A stretch of 64,000 nucleotides of DNA from an uncultured Verrucomicrobiae bacterium (GCA_963806855.1 CAWDYW010000001.1:1248001-1312000); one strand, 5' to 3'; shown: positions 51,738-61,318, numbered from the stretch's first letter. Notes: generated from the letters alone by a model not told the origin. A program made the numbers and translations.

Positions 51738-52103
51738 TTAATTCTTCATATCAAGAATAAGGCAGATTAAAAAATACTTTGGTGCGATATATATCTTAAT
51801 CAATGTGTCTACGGAATAGCATAATTGTATAAAAAACAACAGAGATGCAATACATGGAATGAGAGTACATAAAATTGACCCGAATTCCCTGGAGCCGTAT
51901 TTATCTAAGACTGGGTGCTTCCAGAAATAATACCCGAGATAAATTGCTATGTTCAGCAACAAAATCATTAGGCCTGAGTTAAGATACGAGGATATTTTCT
52001 CGTATTTTAATGCTTGTTGGACAAGCTCTGGAACCTGTTCCAAAACAAAGTCTTCTGTATTTTGTAGATATTCTAAAAGTTTTTGCAATATTTGATCTTT
52101 CAT
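51738..52103 (-). CDS. phage-like hypothetical membrane protein
   Basis: DFVLEQVPELVQQ...2 TM...KIYIAPKY pattern recalled from phage hypothetical proteins; AAGGAG SD. Confidence 0.55.
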   Translation of the reverse strand: MKDQILQKLLEYLQNTEDFVLEQVPELVQQALKYEKISSYLNSGLMILLLNIAIYLGYYFWKHPVLDKYGSREFGSILCTLIPCIASLLFFIQLCYSVDTLIKIYIAPKYFLICLILDMKN

Positions 52104-52122
52104 CCTTATCTCCTTAATAAAT

Positions 52123-52362
52123 TTAATCATCAATAACCCAATCAGTTGCTAGAACATCTTCTATGGAAAATGAGCAATAATCAGAAACTTCATTTGCATT
52201 ACTTAGCCAATAAGACCCGAACTTTTCTTTCCAAGTCCTCGCTATAATAGTAACTATCTTCACACACCCCTTTCTTTCAGATTTTCTCCGAATCCTCTTT
52301 CCTTCTATTAGGACTTGGATAGCTTCATGAAATGTCATGTTTTCTTTAAAAAAACTTTTCAT
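52123..52362 (-). CDS. DUF2829/Tad2-like small protein
   Basis: MTFHEAIQVLIEGKRIRR at the N-terminus and SIEDVLATDW at the C-terminus; GGAG SD. Confidence 0.6.
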   Translation of the reverse strand: MKSFFKENMTFHEAIQVLIEGKRIRRKSERKGCVKIVTIIARTWKEKFGSYWLSNANEVSDYCSFSIEDVLATDWVIDD

Positions 52363-52501
52363 ATAAATAATCTCCAATACAGTATCTAAAACGACGGAAT
52401 CAATGAAATCATGTGATAATAAAATAAAAAAGCCCAATCTCAAAAAAGGGCATTGAAAAAAATGGGTATATTTTCTTTTTGATTAAACCAAGAAGAGATC
52501 C

Positions 52502-53308
52502 CTATTCTCGATGCTTATCGAGCCATTCACCAAACATGCTATTTGGGAAAACGTAGCCGAGAACATACTTACATTCTCCAAAATACATTAAGCATAAATT
52601 GTTATGAAAAAAGGGACTGGGAATGTACTCATCAACAACCATTTCCCACCACACATCAATAACTAACTTGACTCTAAGGATGTCTATGTGCAATTTATTG
52701 TTCATAATTTGGAATACTTTTGGGAGCGGTTTATTTTCTTTGTAATAATTATAAGTATCTCTACATTTGTGTGTGTCCCGCCAGCTTTTTATTTCATGAA
52801 ATGAGTAATATCCCTTTTTTTTCCTACCTTTAGTACGAACTTTTAAAGGAACGATCTCTCTTAGAAGTTGCTTAGGAAGATTTAACTTTTTTAATGCCCC
52901 TGATTGGAAATACCATGGATTAAGGTTTACCATAGCGGGATGACGGCATATATCTTCAATGCCAATTTTGTTTCCAGACAAAATGCATAAAGCCAAGCCG
53001 ACGGCTTGAACTCTTAAATGTTTTTCCTCTGTCTTAGAAATTGCCCCATCTCTTTCGTACTGAATTACGCCTACTTCATCTGTCAATTTAGTTAGTAATT
53101 TAGAATAATCAGGATTAATTTTTTCTTTTTTGCCTTCTTTGACAGAGGAGCTTGTTTTAATTTTTTCTTTAAGTTCCTCATTTTCGAAAAGAAGCCCATC
53201 ATTTTCATCCCTTAATTCTGAAATTATGCATTCCTGTTTGTGAATAATATCTAACAATCGGCCTTGATTTTGAGCTTGTTGATCTTCAAGAATTTGAGTG
53301 GTCTTCAT
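52502..53308 (-). CDS. hypothetical protein with N-terminal coiled coil
   Basis: 268-aa ORF in the AT-rich island. Confidence 0.65.
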   Translation of the reverse strand: MKTTQILEDQQAQNQGRLLDIIHKQECIISELRDENDGLLFENEELKEKIKTSSSVKEGKKEKINPDYSKLLTKLTDEVGVIQYERDGAISKTEEKHLRVQAVGLALCILSGNKIGIEDICRHPAMVNLNPWYFQSGALKKLNLPKQLLREIVPLKVRTKGRKKKGYYSFHEIKSWRDTHKCRDTYNYYKENKPLPKVFQIMNNKLHIDILRVKLVIDVWWEMVVDEYIPSPFFHNNLCLMYFGECKYVLGYVFPNSMFGEWLDKHRE

Positions 53309-53684
53309 AACATTAGTTTAAATAGAGGTGGTTTAATTTAATAAAATGTTTATATTTTTTTAATATCTCATTTATTAATATAAGCTCATTTGTGTATTTT
53401 GAGCAATCATTTCGTGATTGGTAAAGCGCTATAGATAAGCATTAGAAAGATATGAATCAAGCGAGAAGATTGGGTAGGAATAATTTAGACTATCTCATCT
53501 TAACCCAAGTTGCTTCCTAAAAATTAAGAAAGGAAATCGTGAAGACGGTAATCAGCATCATGAGTTTAAGGATAAAGCCCTAGTGTGTCGCTGCATGAAT
53601 ACGCCTTGGGAGCTGCTAATTCCTTGCGTGATCGAGGAAGACCATAAGACGGCGTGTTACTTCATAACCGTCGCCCCTGTTTTA

Positions 53685-53861
53685 GGAACACATCAACCTA
53701 ACTGGCGACTATCTCTGGCATGGCGGTACCGAGGTCGGCGTCTTAGCATAAGATTTTTTACAAATTCTAGACGACCCAGAAAGAATGCCACGCGGTAAGG
53801 CTCAATTTCGTGTGAATCGCTTCCTTCAGGACTTACAGACTATAATCCATTGGTTATTAGG
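53685..53861 (+). repeat. 177-bp direct repeat, right copy (preceded by degenerate TIME sequence at ~53590-53684)
   Basis: Matches 46782-46958. Confidence 0.92.
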
Positions 53862-54036
53862 AAGTTAGAAAATATAAAAATAATGGGATGTGCGTCAGGT
53901 GTCAAGAAATACCGCCCTTCTTGAACATGTCATTAATTGTAAACTAAAATTTTAAATTACATAAATTTAATGCTTTTACCGTAATAAATTGTGTGGTATA
54001 ATAATTATATTAAACAAAATATTAATTAAATTAATT

Positions 54037-55443
54037 ATGCTTACAACGACCACACAAAGCTCCAGCCCGGCGACAGAAAGAATATTCGGTCCCTCGCACG
54101 AGGTCCTTAAAGAAACCTCGCGCCTGGGGTCGCTGATGGAATTCGACAGCATCCTCCGTAAACTCCCTGCCTACCTCTATAAGCGTCAGAAACTTCTGGA
54201 GCGCGCGGCTCAAGTATGGCAACAGGTATTAGATTCACCCACTGTCCCTTTAGACGACCTTAAAAGGAGATTAGTTCAGGAACTCGAACCTGACCGTAAG
54301 ATCATGAGTCCTTCTGCGAATCAATTTTTTACCGCAAAAATTCGTGCAGTCAACACCCCTGAGGAAATGCAAAAGCTTGCGCGAAGAGTTCTAAAAGACT
54401 GCACTTCTGCGATGGTCTCCCCTGTTAAAAAATCGGAGGCTGGACTGAACGGTCCCACACTTCTCGTCAGTTATCCTAAGAGCAACTTGAAAGCTGAGTT
54501 TTCCTTGATCGCCTATGTCCTCAAGTGCACAAATCTAGAAGAGGTCTGCGGCAACATGCTCTATACCTCCTTTCTCACTCACTTCGGCCAAAAATCTTTT
54601 AGTGAAATTTCGATCCCCAAACACAGCGGTTTTAATTTCGAACCCAACATGCATAAAACTGAAGATGGAAGATTAGTTCCTATGGATCCTCAGACTGCCA
54701 GTGCCTTGAAAACCTCACTACAGTCGGTCGCGAGCTCCTTAGATCCCGCGATCAAACTATACGGGAAAGAGCTCTTGGTGACCGAGCGGATCCAAGGAGA
54801 AAACCTATATGATTTCGCTAAATCCAAATATGCCGCCCTGGATGGCTCCCAAAGGAGAGAGCTTTTCTACAAATTAGGGAAACTCGTCCCCTTGGACATC
54901 CTCATAGGAAATAATGATCGTCTGCTCAAGTTAGATATCGACGGAGTGGATTTCCTTAATACTTTCCATGCCAACCTTGGAAATGTCATGCTCTCCCAAG
55001 AGACAGTGAATGGGAATCCTATCGTGCATGCTATTGACAATGGGTTGGAAGCAGGTTTAAGTTCAAATACGCAAACCCAAAAAAGATATTTAGAAATTAT
55101 CCAAACGATATTTAGCATGCCGGATTCCGAGCAAGCATTGGCAAAAAGCATGACGCGTAGTTTCAAAGACGCTTTAAAAAGTCAAGCGATTGAAGAGAAG
55201 GGAAATGCAGGCAAAGAAACCCTCGCTCAACTAGAGCCCCTATTTAAGGACCTTCAAACTATCGTCCAACCGGCTTTTGAGGCAGGAATTCAAGACGGTA
55301 TTGCCATGCTGAGGAAAGAACTGATCCCAGCCTGGAATAGCGACCGCTCAGCGGAATTAAAAAGACAATTAGCCATCCTGCATCCAACTTTGCTGAAGGC
55401 TGTGGATGAACGCCTAACCGCAATCACCAAGGAAACTGTATGA
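54037..55443 (+). CDS. atypical kinase, actin-fragmin kinase / PI3-PI4 kinase-like fold (candidate effector)
   Basis: YVLK, DILIGNNDRL, NLGNVML and AIDNG motifs; Thr/Ser-rich N-terminus. Confidence 0.7.
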   Translation: MLTTTTQSSSPATERIFGPSHEVLKETSRLGSLMEFDSILRKLPAYLYKRQKLLERAAQVWQQVLDSPTVPLDDLKRRLVQELEPDRKIMSPSANQFFTAKIRAVNTPEEMQKLARRVLKDCTSAMVSPVKKSEAGLNGPTLLVSYPKSNLKAEFSLIAYVLKCTNLEEVCGNMLYTSFLTHFGQKSFSEISIPKHSGFNFEPNMHKTEDGRLVPMDPQTASALKTSLQSVASSLDPAIKLYGKELLVTERIQGENLYDFAKSKYAALDGSQRRELFYKLGKLVPLDILIGNNDRLLKLDIDGVDFLNTFHANLGNVMLSQETVNGNPIVHAIDNGLEAGLSSNTQTQKRYLEIIQTIFSMPDSEQALAKSMTRSFKDALKSQAIEEKGNAGKETLAQLEPLFKDLQTIVQPAFEAGIQDGIAMLRKELIPAWNSDRSAELKRQLAILHPTLLKAVDERLTAITKETV

Positions 55444-55871
55444 ATCATCTTTCTCCCGTAGGCGACCGATCGCCTGAACGCACCCTGATGGAAACGCCAG
55501 AAAGTCCAGCTGCTAACGCCGACACCCGAGCAATTATTACGTGGCTGATGCAGGTCCAATATCATGGAGGGATGGCAAGTCCGGAAAGCAGGGGTACCCT
55601 GCTAGCCTTAGCCCATGCTCTTCCCACCAATGCTGATACCCGCGATCCCGATCTGGCCTCTGTCGTAGCAGCCATCCGGTCTTTTGCTAACACAGCAATC
55701 TGCGATCCTTATTTATCGGACAAAGCTGGCAATGCCATTGACAGTTTGACTGAAAAACTGTCTTTGCCTGTAAGAGTCCTCTCGCCGAGTAAAAGAGTAG
55801 CTCCTGCAGCCAGCCGTTTATCCGGAAACCCAAGCGTTGCTAAAAGGCTCAACTTCAATGAAGTCGAATAA
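55440..55871 (+). CDS. hypothetical protein
   Basis: ATGA-coupled to the kinase; paralog of the next ORF. Confidence 0.7.
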   Translation: MNHLSPVGDRSPERTLMETPESPAANADTRAIITWLMQVQYHGGMASPESRGTLLALAHALPTNADTRDPDLASVVAAIRSFANTAICDPYLSDKAGNAIDSLTEKLSLPVRVLSPSKRVAPAASRLSGNPSVAKRLNFNEVE

Positions 55872-55945
55872 TACTATAAACTTTCCTTGTAGTATTTTCC
55901 AAACAGTTCCATAATACTGACTTTTCGATCACCGAGGGGAGTCTT

Positions 55946-56287
55946 TTGAGGACAACTATTTCTGCTGCCGACATTTCTAAGCTGCCGCCTGTCCATCCTA
56001 AAGAAGGCTACGACAAGCGCCCCGAGGTCACAACTAGAACAAACACTCAGCTCACATGCTGGCTCATGATGGTCTCCTACCACAGCCAAAGCGCGAGCGC
56101 AGAAAGTTTGGCATCCCTGCAAGAACTCGCCGACGCGATCCCTTCAGAAACGGGCGACTTTTTCGAGGTTCGCCAAGTCATCGATGCGATCCAGGCCTTC
56201 GCTAAAACCAAGATCTACGATCCCCTTCTTCCAGGAAAGGCTTCTGCAGCGCTCAGATTGGCAGTGGTCCTTAACAAAAATCCTTGA
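55946..56287 (+). CDS. hypothetical protein, paralog of 55440-55871
   Basis: Shared WLMxVxYH...ASxES..L..LA.A.P...V..AI..FA.T.I.DP.L..KA pattern. Confidence 0.65.
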   Translation: MRTTISAADISKLPPVHPKEGYDKRPEVTTRTNTQLTCWLMMVSYHSQSASAESLASLQELADAIPSETGDFFEVRQVIDAIQAFAKTKIYDPLLPGKASAALRLAVVLNKNP

Positions 56288-56352
56288 GATAATTTCTAGC
56301 GTGAAAGCTCGCTGAACTCGACAACCGCAGGCTTCGCAAGTTGATCACCGAC

Positions 56353-56523
56353 ATATACTCCTTCCGTTTCAAGCGTACCCATTTCGGCTGATTCAAAGCC
56401 CCGGGGTTGAATTTATTTTGATTGGGCTAGTATTGAATTTAATACAAACCCAATCAAAATAATTCAACCGCGGGAGCTTTCAATTCAGCCCAAATGGGTA
56501 CGATTGAACCGGAAGGAGTATAT
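56353..56523. mobile_element. palindromic MITE with TA ends (IS630/Tc1-mariner-type)
   Basis: atatactccttccgtttcaagcgtacccattt...ttgattggg paired with cccaatcaa...aaatgggtacgattgaaccggaaggagtatat. Confidence 0.75.
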
Positions 56524-56600
56524 ATTTGAAGAATCTGGAGCTGGCGAGTAACCCAAAACAGGCACTTGAATATTTTCCATGGATTGTTTAAGAACAAATC

Positions 56601-57365
56601 ATGCAACAGCCTGAAGACCAAGAGTTGGAACAACCGCTTGTTCTTATTAAACCCGCCCATTGGGCAACTCTATGGTGTTTTGTCGCCATTCTCCTAGCTA
56701 TGCTGGCTGCCGCTTCCTGGGGCTCAATCCCGATTCGAGTCGGAGGGGAAGGTCTTTTTTTTAACCCCACTGAGATTTTTAGTGTAACTGCGCCTGAAGA
56801 AGCGACTGTTCGCCGTATTGATGTACACTTGGGAATGGAGGTCAAAAAAGGAGATGTGGTCATCGAGCTAGAACCACACCGTGACATTTCTGTGGAAGAG
56901 GAAGGTGTTGTTTTTGCAATCGAAGTGCTCGGAGGATCTAAAGTCGGCATAGGTCAGCCGTTAATCTGGTTCCAAACGAAGACTGGTGAAAGAATGCAAA
57001 TGAGCGGTTTGATCGCGAAGAAAGAAGCCTCCGAGAGGGTGAAGATCGGTATGCCCGTTGAAATTTCCGTTGGCAGTGCTAATCCTGTCGAATATGGCAG
57101 ATTGATGGGGAAAGTATCGGCCCTCATCCCCTTTTGGAGCTTACGTGGCAAGGATCTTTTCCCAACGAAGCACTTAAGCTTACCCGCAGGTCCTGAACAG
57201 TTCACCCATCTGATCGTCGTTGACTTGATTCCCAATCCCGATGTGCCTAGCGGGCTTCAATGGACTTCGGGTAATGGGCCTCCTTTTCCTATAAAATTGG
57301 GTACGCCTTGTACTTTTACGGTGATCATTGAAGAGAAAAAACCTATTTCCTATCTAATCCCATGA
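56601..57365 (+). CDS. NHLP bacteriocin system secretion protein (HlyD-like, short)
   Basis: EQPLVLIKP..W, WGSIPIRVGGEG, EYGRLMGKV, SGLQWTSGNGPP and EKKPISYLIP motifs. Confidence 0.85.
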   Translation: MQQPEDQELEQPLVLIKPAHWATLWCFVAILLAMLAAASWGSIPIRVGGEGLFFNPTEIFSVTAPEEATVRRIDVHLGMEVKKGDVVIELEPHRDISVEEEGVVFAIEVLGGSKVGIGQPLIWFQTKTGERMQMSGLIAKKEASERVKIGMPVEISVGSANPVEYGRLMGKVSALIPFWSLRGKDLFPTKHLSLPAGPEQFTHLIVVDLIPNPDVPSGLQWTSGNGPPFPIKLGTPCTFTVIIEEKKPISYLIP

Positions 57366-59434
57366 GATTGAAGTCACGCTATTGGCGCGTTCACACCCCC
57401 CTGAAGATGCAAATGCAGGCAATTGAGTGCGGGGCGGCCGCGCTTGGGATTATTCTTGGCTATTATGGCAAGTATTTATCACTCTCCGAGCTCGGGTATC
57501 GGTGCAGCATCTCTCGGGATGGAAGCAACAGCTACGATATCATCAAAGCAGCAGCTTTCTACGGCTTGGAAGGCGAGGGTTATCAAATGGATATTGAGGA
57601 ACTCGAAAAGCTGCGATCTCCTGCTATCTTATTTTGGGATTCTACCCATTTTCTTGTATTGGAGGGGGTTTCCGAAAAAGAGGTTTATCTCAATGATCCT
57701 GCTTATGGGCCGATTGCGATTTCAAGAGAGGAATTCAAAAATCACTATAGCGGAGTTGCACTGGTATTTAAAAAAGGAGCCTCCTTTAAAAAATCGGAGG
57801 TCTGGCCTGGCCTTTGGCAGAAACTGAAAGAAGGTTGGAAAGGATACAAATCCACTTACATCTTCTTCTTTCTCAGCGGAATTCTCATCCTCTTGCCTAC
57901 ACTTGCAGTCCCGATCGTTTTTCGCATCTTTATTGATCATCACGACTCGAATATGCAGGGCTGGAAGTTCGAGTGGCTTGGAATTCTCTTTTTTTCTACG
58001 GTCTTTGCCCTTTTCTTTAATGCTTTTCATCTCTCCCTCTTAAAAAAGACCGCCTCTAAAATTTCCGTCGCACTCTCTTCCAAGCTTCTTTGGAAATTGC
58101 TACATCTACCTCTCTCCTTTTATCAGCAGCGAGATCCTCGAGAAATCGCCAACCGAATTGAGTTGAGCGGGCACTTCACCCATGTAATCGTGAAGGAGGT
58201 GATTCCAGCAACCATTCAACTTTTTCTCTCACTGTCCTACGCAGCGCTCATGTTCACCTATAGTGGACTCGTAGCCTCGGTTACTCTTTTTGGCGCAATT
58301 ATCTGTTTAGGGATCATGGCTGCGGTCTATCGTGCTGAGCGCCCACTCTATGCAGTGGCCAATAAAGATGCGGAGCTGAGTGAGATGGCCGGCTTAACCG
58401 GTCTGAGTACCATCGAATGGATCAAGGCGGCGGGAGCTGAATCCTATTTTTTCAGAAAATGGGCAGGTCTTTATACCCGTTTTCTTAATGGAACCCAGCG
58501 CACAGGCAAGAAAGAGACATGGCTCAGCGTCTTTCCATTTTTCATTCAATTGCTTTCTTCTGCGCTTCTTCTGGGTGCCGGAGGACAGCAAGTGATATCT
58601 GGAAATATGACATTGGGGATGCTAGTGGCCCTGCAAATTTTGCTTATGCTCTTTTTAGCCCCTTTTAAGAACTTTATTCAAACTTGCCAAGACCTGAGCC
58701 ACATCGAGCGGAATATGGACCGGATTGACGATGTGAATCAATCCGATCTCGATTTTTCCTTTCAGGATAGTTCAATACAGAAAAAGAACTTAGATGGACT
58801 CTCTGGTGCCTTGGAGTTTAAAAATGTAACGTTTGGATATTATCCATTTGCCCCGCCCTATCTCGAGAATATTTCATTCGAGCTAAAACAAGGAAAATGG
58901 CTCGGCATCACGGGTCTCATCAGCTCGGGCAAATCTACGCTGGGAAAATTGGCAAGCGCACTCCTTTATCCTCGGCAGGGAGAGATTCTGTACGATGGAT
59001 TGAAGTGGAATGAGATAGATCCCGTCGATTTACGCAAATCAGTTGGCTGGGTCGGTCAAGAGAGCTTTATCTTTGCAGGAACTTTTCGTGAGAATATTAC
59101 TTTTTGGAATTCAGATATTCAAGAAGACGAGTTGTTTAAAGCCTGTGAAGGAGCGGGTCTAGAAATAAAATATGACGACTGGATTGCCGAAGATGGGAAA
59201 AATCTCAGTTACAGTGAAAGGCAGCAAATAGAGATCGCCCGCGCATTGTTAAGGAAGCCCTCTCTTCTCATTATCGATGAGGGGATGAACGCACTCGAGC
59301 CCACTTTGCAGAAGAAAATTTTGGATTCTCTCCGCCGCTTAAATTTCACGTGCCTTTTCATCACGTATCAAAGCTCCATCCTTCTAGAGTGTGACGAGAT
59401 TCTCGTCTTGGAAAAAGGAAAAATAACAAAATGA
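57362..59434 (+). CDS. NHLP-family ABC exporter, C39 peptidase/permease/ATPase subunit
   Basis: RVHTP..QMQAIECGAAAL, SRDGS, HFLVLEG and LNDPA motifs; GKST Walker A. Confidence 0.92.
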   Translation: MRLKSRYWRVHTPLKMQMQAIECGAAALGIILGYYGKYLSLSELGYRCSISRDGSNSYDIIKAAAFYGLEGEGYQMDIEELEKLRSPAILFWDSTHFLVLEGVSEKEVYLNDPAYGPIAISREEFKNHYSGVALVFKKGASFKKSEVWPGLWQKLKEGWKGYKSTYIFFFLSGILILLPTLAVPIVFRIFIDHHDSNMQGWKFEWLGILFFSTVFALFFNAFHLSLLKKTASKISVALSSKLLWKLLHLPLSFYQQRDPREIANRIELSGHFTHVIVKEVIPATIQLFLSLSYAALMFTYSGLVASVTLFGAIICLGIMAAVYRAERPLYAVANKDAELSEMAGLTGLSTIEWIKAAGAESYFFRKWAGLYTRFLNGTQRTGKKETWLSVFPFFIQLLSSALLLGAGGQQVISGNMTLGMLVALQILLMLFLAPFKNFIQTCQDLSHIERNMDRIDDVNQSDLDFSFQDSSIQKKNLDGLSGALEFKNVTFGYYPFAPPYLENISFELKQGKWLGITGLISSGKSTLGKLASALLYPRQGEILYDGLKWNEIDPVDLRKSVGWVGQESFIFAGTFRENITFWNSDIQEDELFKACEGAGLEIKYDDWIAEDGKNLSYSERQQIEIARALLRKPSLLIIDEGMNALEPTLQKKILDSLRRLNFTCLFITYQSSILLECDEILVLEKGKITK

Positions 59435-61224
59435 AGATGGAGAAGCGCAGAGTCATCTTGACCGGGAAGTGGTGGGAAAATGCCTCTGAACCCCTTCTTG
59501 CATTTGAAAAAGGAACGGATAAACCCGTTATGCTCATCCCTACGGTTTCCGGCAAATATCCAGGCGTTAATGCGGCAAGAGCGAAAGATTTGCACGACTA
59601 TGCTTATTGCTTTTATCCCCCGCTCCCCGACAGAGTTGGCTCAGGACTAGAGATCCTTCGTCTTGCTCTTGCCGGAAAAGAAAAAATCTTTGTCAGGATT
59701 GCACTCCTGACACTACTGACGATTCTCATTTCTCTTTTTCCGCTCTTCGCCCTCCAATGGATTTTCAATCATATTTTTGACCAAGGGGACATTAGCACCA
59801 TGTGGCAGATCTCCTGGGGTTTGTGTGTAGCAGCTTTCGGCTCTGCCTTCTTTCTCTATCTTCGCAATCGGGTTCTGCTGCGACTGGATGGTATTCTCGC
59901 AAACCGGATTCATCCAGCGCTTTGGCATCGTCTTATCCATTTTCAAATGGGTATTTTTAGAACGATTGCAAAAAGCGACCTCTTTTCTAAAATGACTAGT
60001 TTCGAAGCCATCAGGGAGCTGCTCGGGGGTTATACCGCTCAGATCCTACTCTCTGCTCTCTTTTCTTTTATCTTTCTCGGGGCGATGCTCCTATTTTCAA
60101 CCCCTTACACTCTTCTCGTACTCCCCTTCATCGCTCTCCATATTTGGGGATTTATCTATTTTATTCGGCATCACAATAAGTTGAAAAATCACATCGCAGG
60201 AGTTGTGGCGAAGAGAAAAGCGTTTTTAGGCCAGAGCCTATCTGGCATTAAAAATGTGCGTGCCGCGGGGTTGGAGAAGCATATTTTCAACCATTGGAAA
60301 AAATATATCGGTCAAGAAGTGGAAATGGAGGGGAAAATTGAACGGATAAAGACCCGGGTAGAGCTAATCAACCTCTATTTGCCTATGGCCCTCTTTGCTT
60401 TGATCTTAGGTGCGGCCATCTTGCAGTGGCACATGCCCCTTCTCGGCAATTTCTTTGCATTTTATCTTGCTCTTTTGAACTTGTGCTTTGCTATTCATGA
60501 ACTGATCCAAATCACATTTGAAATGAGCACCCTTTTGACACGACTCAAAAAAACGGAAAAGATATTGGAGGCGCCTATCGAGCGCGGCACTGCCGATCCA
60601 GGAAGGCTTCAAGGAGAAATCGTCTTCAATAATGTCGTTTTTCACCATCCTTCGAAAAATCTTAACTTCAAAATCGCTCCAGGTGAGAGGGTTGGATTCT
60701 TAACCCCATCTGGTCTTAGCGGAGCCATGATTGCGCGCCTTCTGATTGGATTTGAATTTCCACCTTCGGGAGAGATCCTCCTCGATCAAAAAAAGCTCTC
60801 TGAGCTGAATCTGCAACTCGTGCGCCGCCAAATGGGAGTGGTGTTCCGGACAGACGGTCTTTTTGCCGGTAATGTATTTGAGAATATAGACTTGGGAAGA
60901 AGATGCCCTCTCCCCGCTATCGAGAAGGCTTTAGAACTTTCAGGATTCCAGCAGGATTTGGACACCTTTCCTATGGGGCTGAATACACTTCTTCCTGCAG
61001 GCGGCGACACACTATCGGGAGGGCAGAAAGAGCGGCTGCTCCTCACGCGGGCACTGGCCTCCAACCCCTCGATCCTCATCCTCGACCATGCCATCGATTG
61101 TCTAGACCAAATCAGCCTAGATAAGATCACGGCCAACCTCAAAACACTTCCCATTACCCAAATTTACATTGGAGAGAATGGGGATCTGCTCAAAAGATAC
61201 ACCGACAAACTCATCATCCTATAA
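59431..61224 (+). CDS. NHLP-family ABC exporter, permease/ATPase subunit (degenerate Walker A)
   Basis: RRVILTGKWW...PLLAF, AYCFYPPLP and LSGGQKERL motifs. Confidence 0.85.
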   Translation: MKMEKRRVILTGKWWENASEPLLAFEKGTDKPVMLIPTVSGKYPGVNAARAKDLHDYAYCFYPPLPDRVGSGLEILRLALAGKEKIFVRIALLTLLTILISLFPLFALQWIFNHIFDQGDISTMWQISWGLCVAAFGSAFFLYLRNRVLLRLDGILANRIHPALWHRLIHFQMGIFRTIAKSDLFSKMTSFEAIRELLGGYTAQILLSALFSFIFLGAMLLFSTPYTLLVLPFIALHIWGFIYFIRHHNKLKNHIAGVVAKRKAFLGQSLSGIKNVRAAGLEKHIFNHWKKYIGQEVEMEGKIERIKTRVELINLYLPMALFALILGAAILQWHMPLLGNFFAFYLALLNLCFAIHELIQITFEMSTLLTRLKKTEKILEAPIERGTADPGRLQGEIVFNNVVFHHPSKNLNFKIAPGERVGFLTPSGLSGAMIARLLIGFEFPPSGEILLDQKKLSELNLQLVRRQMGVVFRTDGLFAGNVFENIDLGRRCPLPAIEKALELSGFQQDLDTFPMGLNTLLPAGGDTLSGGQKERLLLTRALASNPSILILDHAIDCLDQISLDKITANLKTLPITQIYIGENGDLLKRYTDKLIIL

Positions 61225-61232
61225 GCATTTTA

Positions 61233-61318
61233 AACGCAAAGACGCAGAGGCGCAAAGACGCAAAAAAAATATATTTTTTAGTTTTCTTTGCGTCTTGGCG
61301 CCTTTGCGTCTTTGCGTT
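61233..61318. repeat. REP-like palindrome of CGCAAAGA-type octamers; probable bidirectional terminator
   Basis: aacgcaaagacgcagaggcgcaaagacgc paired with gcgtcttggcgcctttgcgtctttgcgtt, between convergent genes. Confidence 0.75.

Noticed and set aside
55440..56287. Two small paralogs as RiPP precursor peptides
   Set aside because: They lack an NHLP/Nif11 leader and an ELxxxELxxVxGG cleavage motif, look like folded helical proteins, and are coupled to the kinase.
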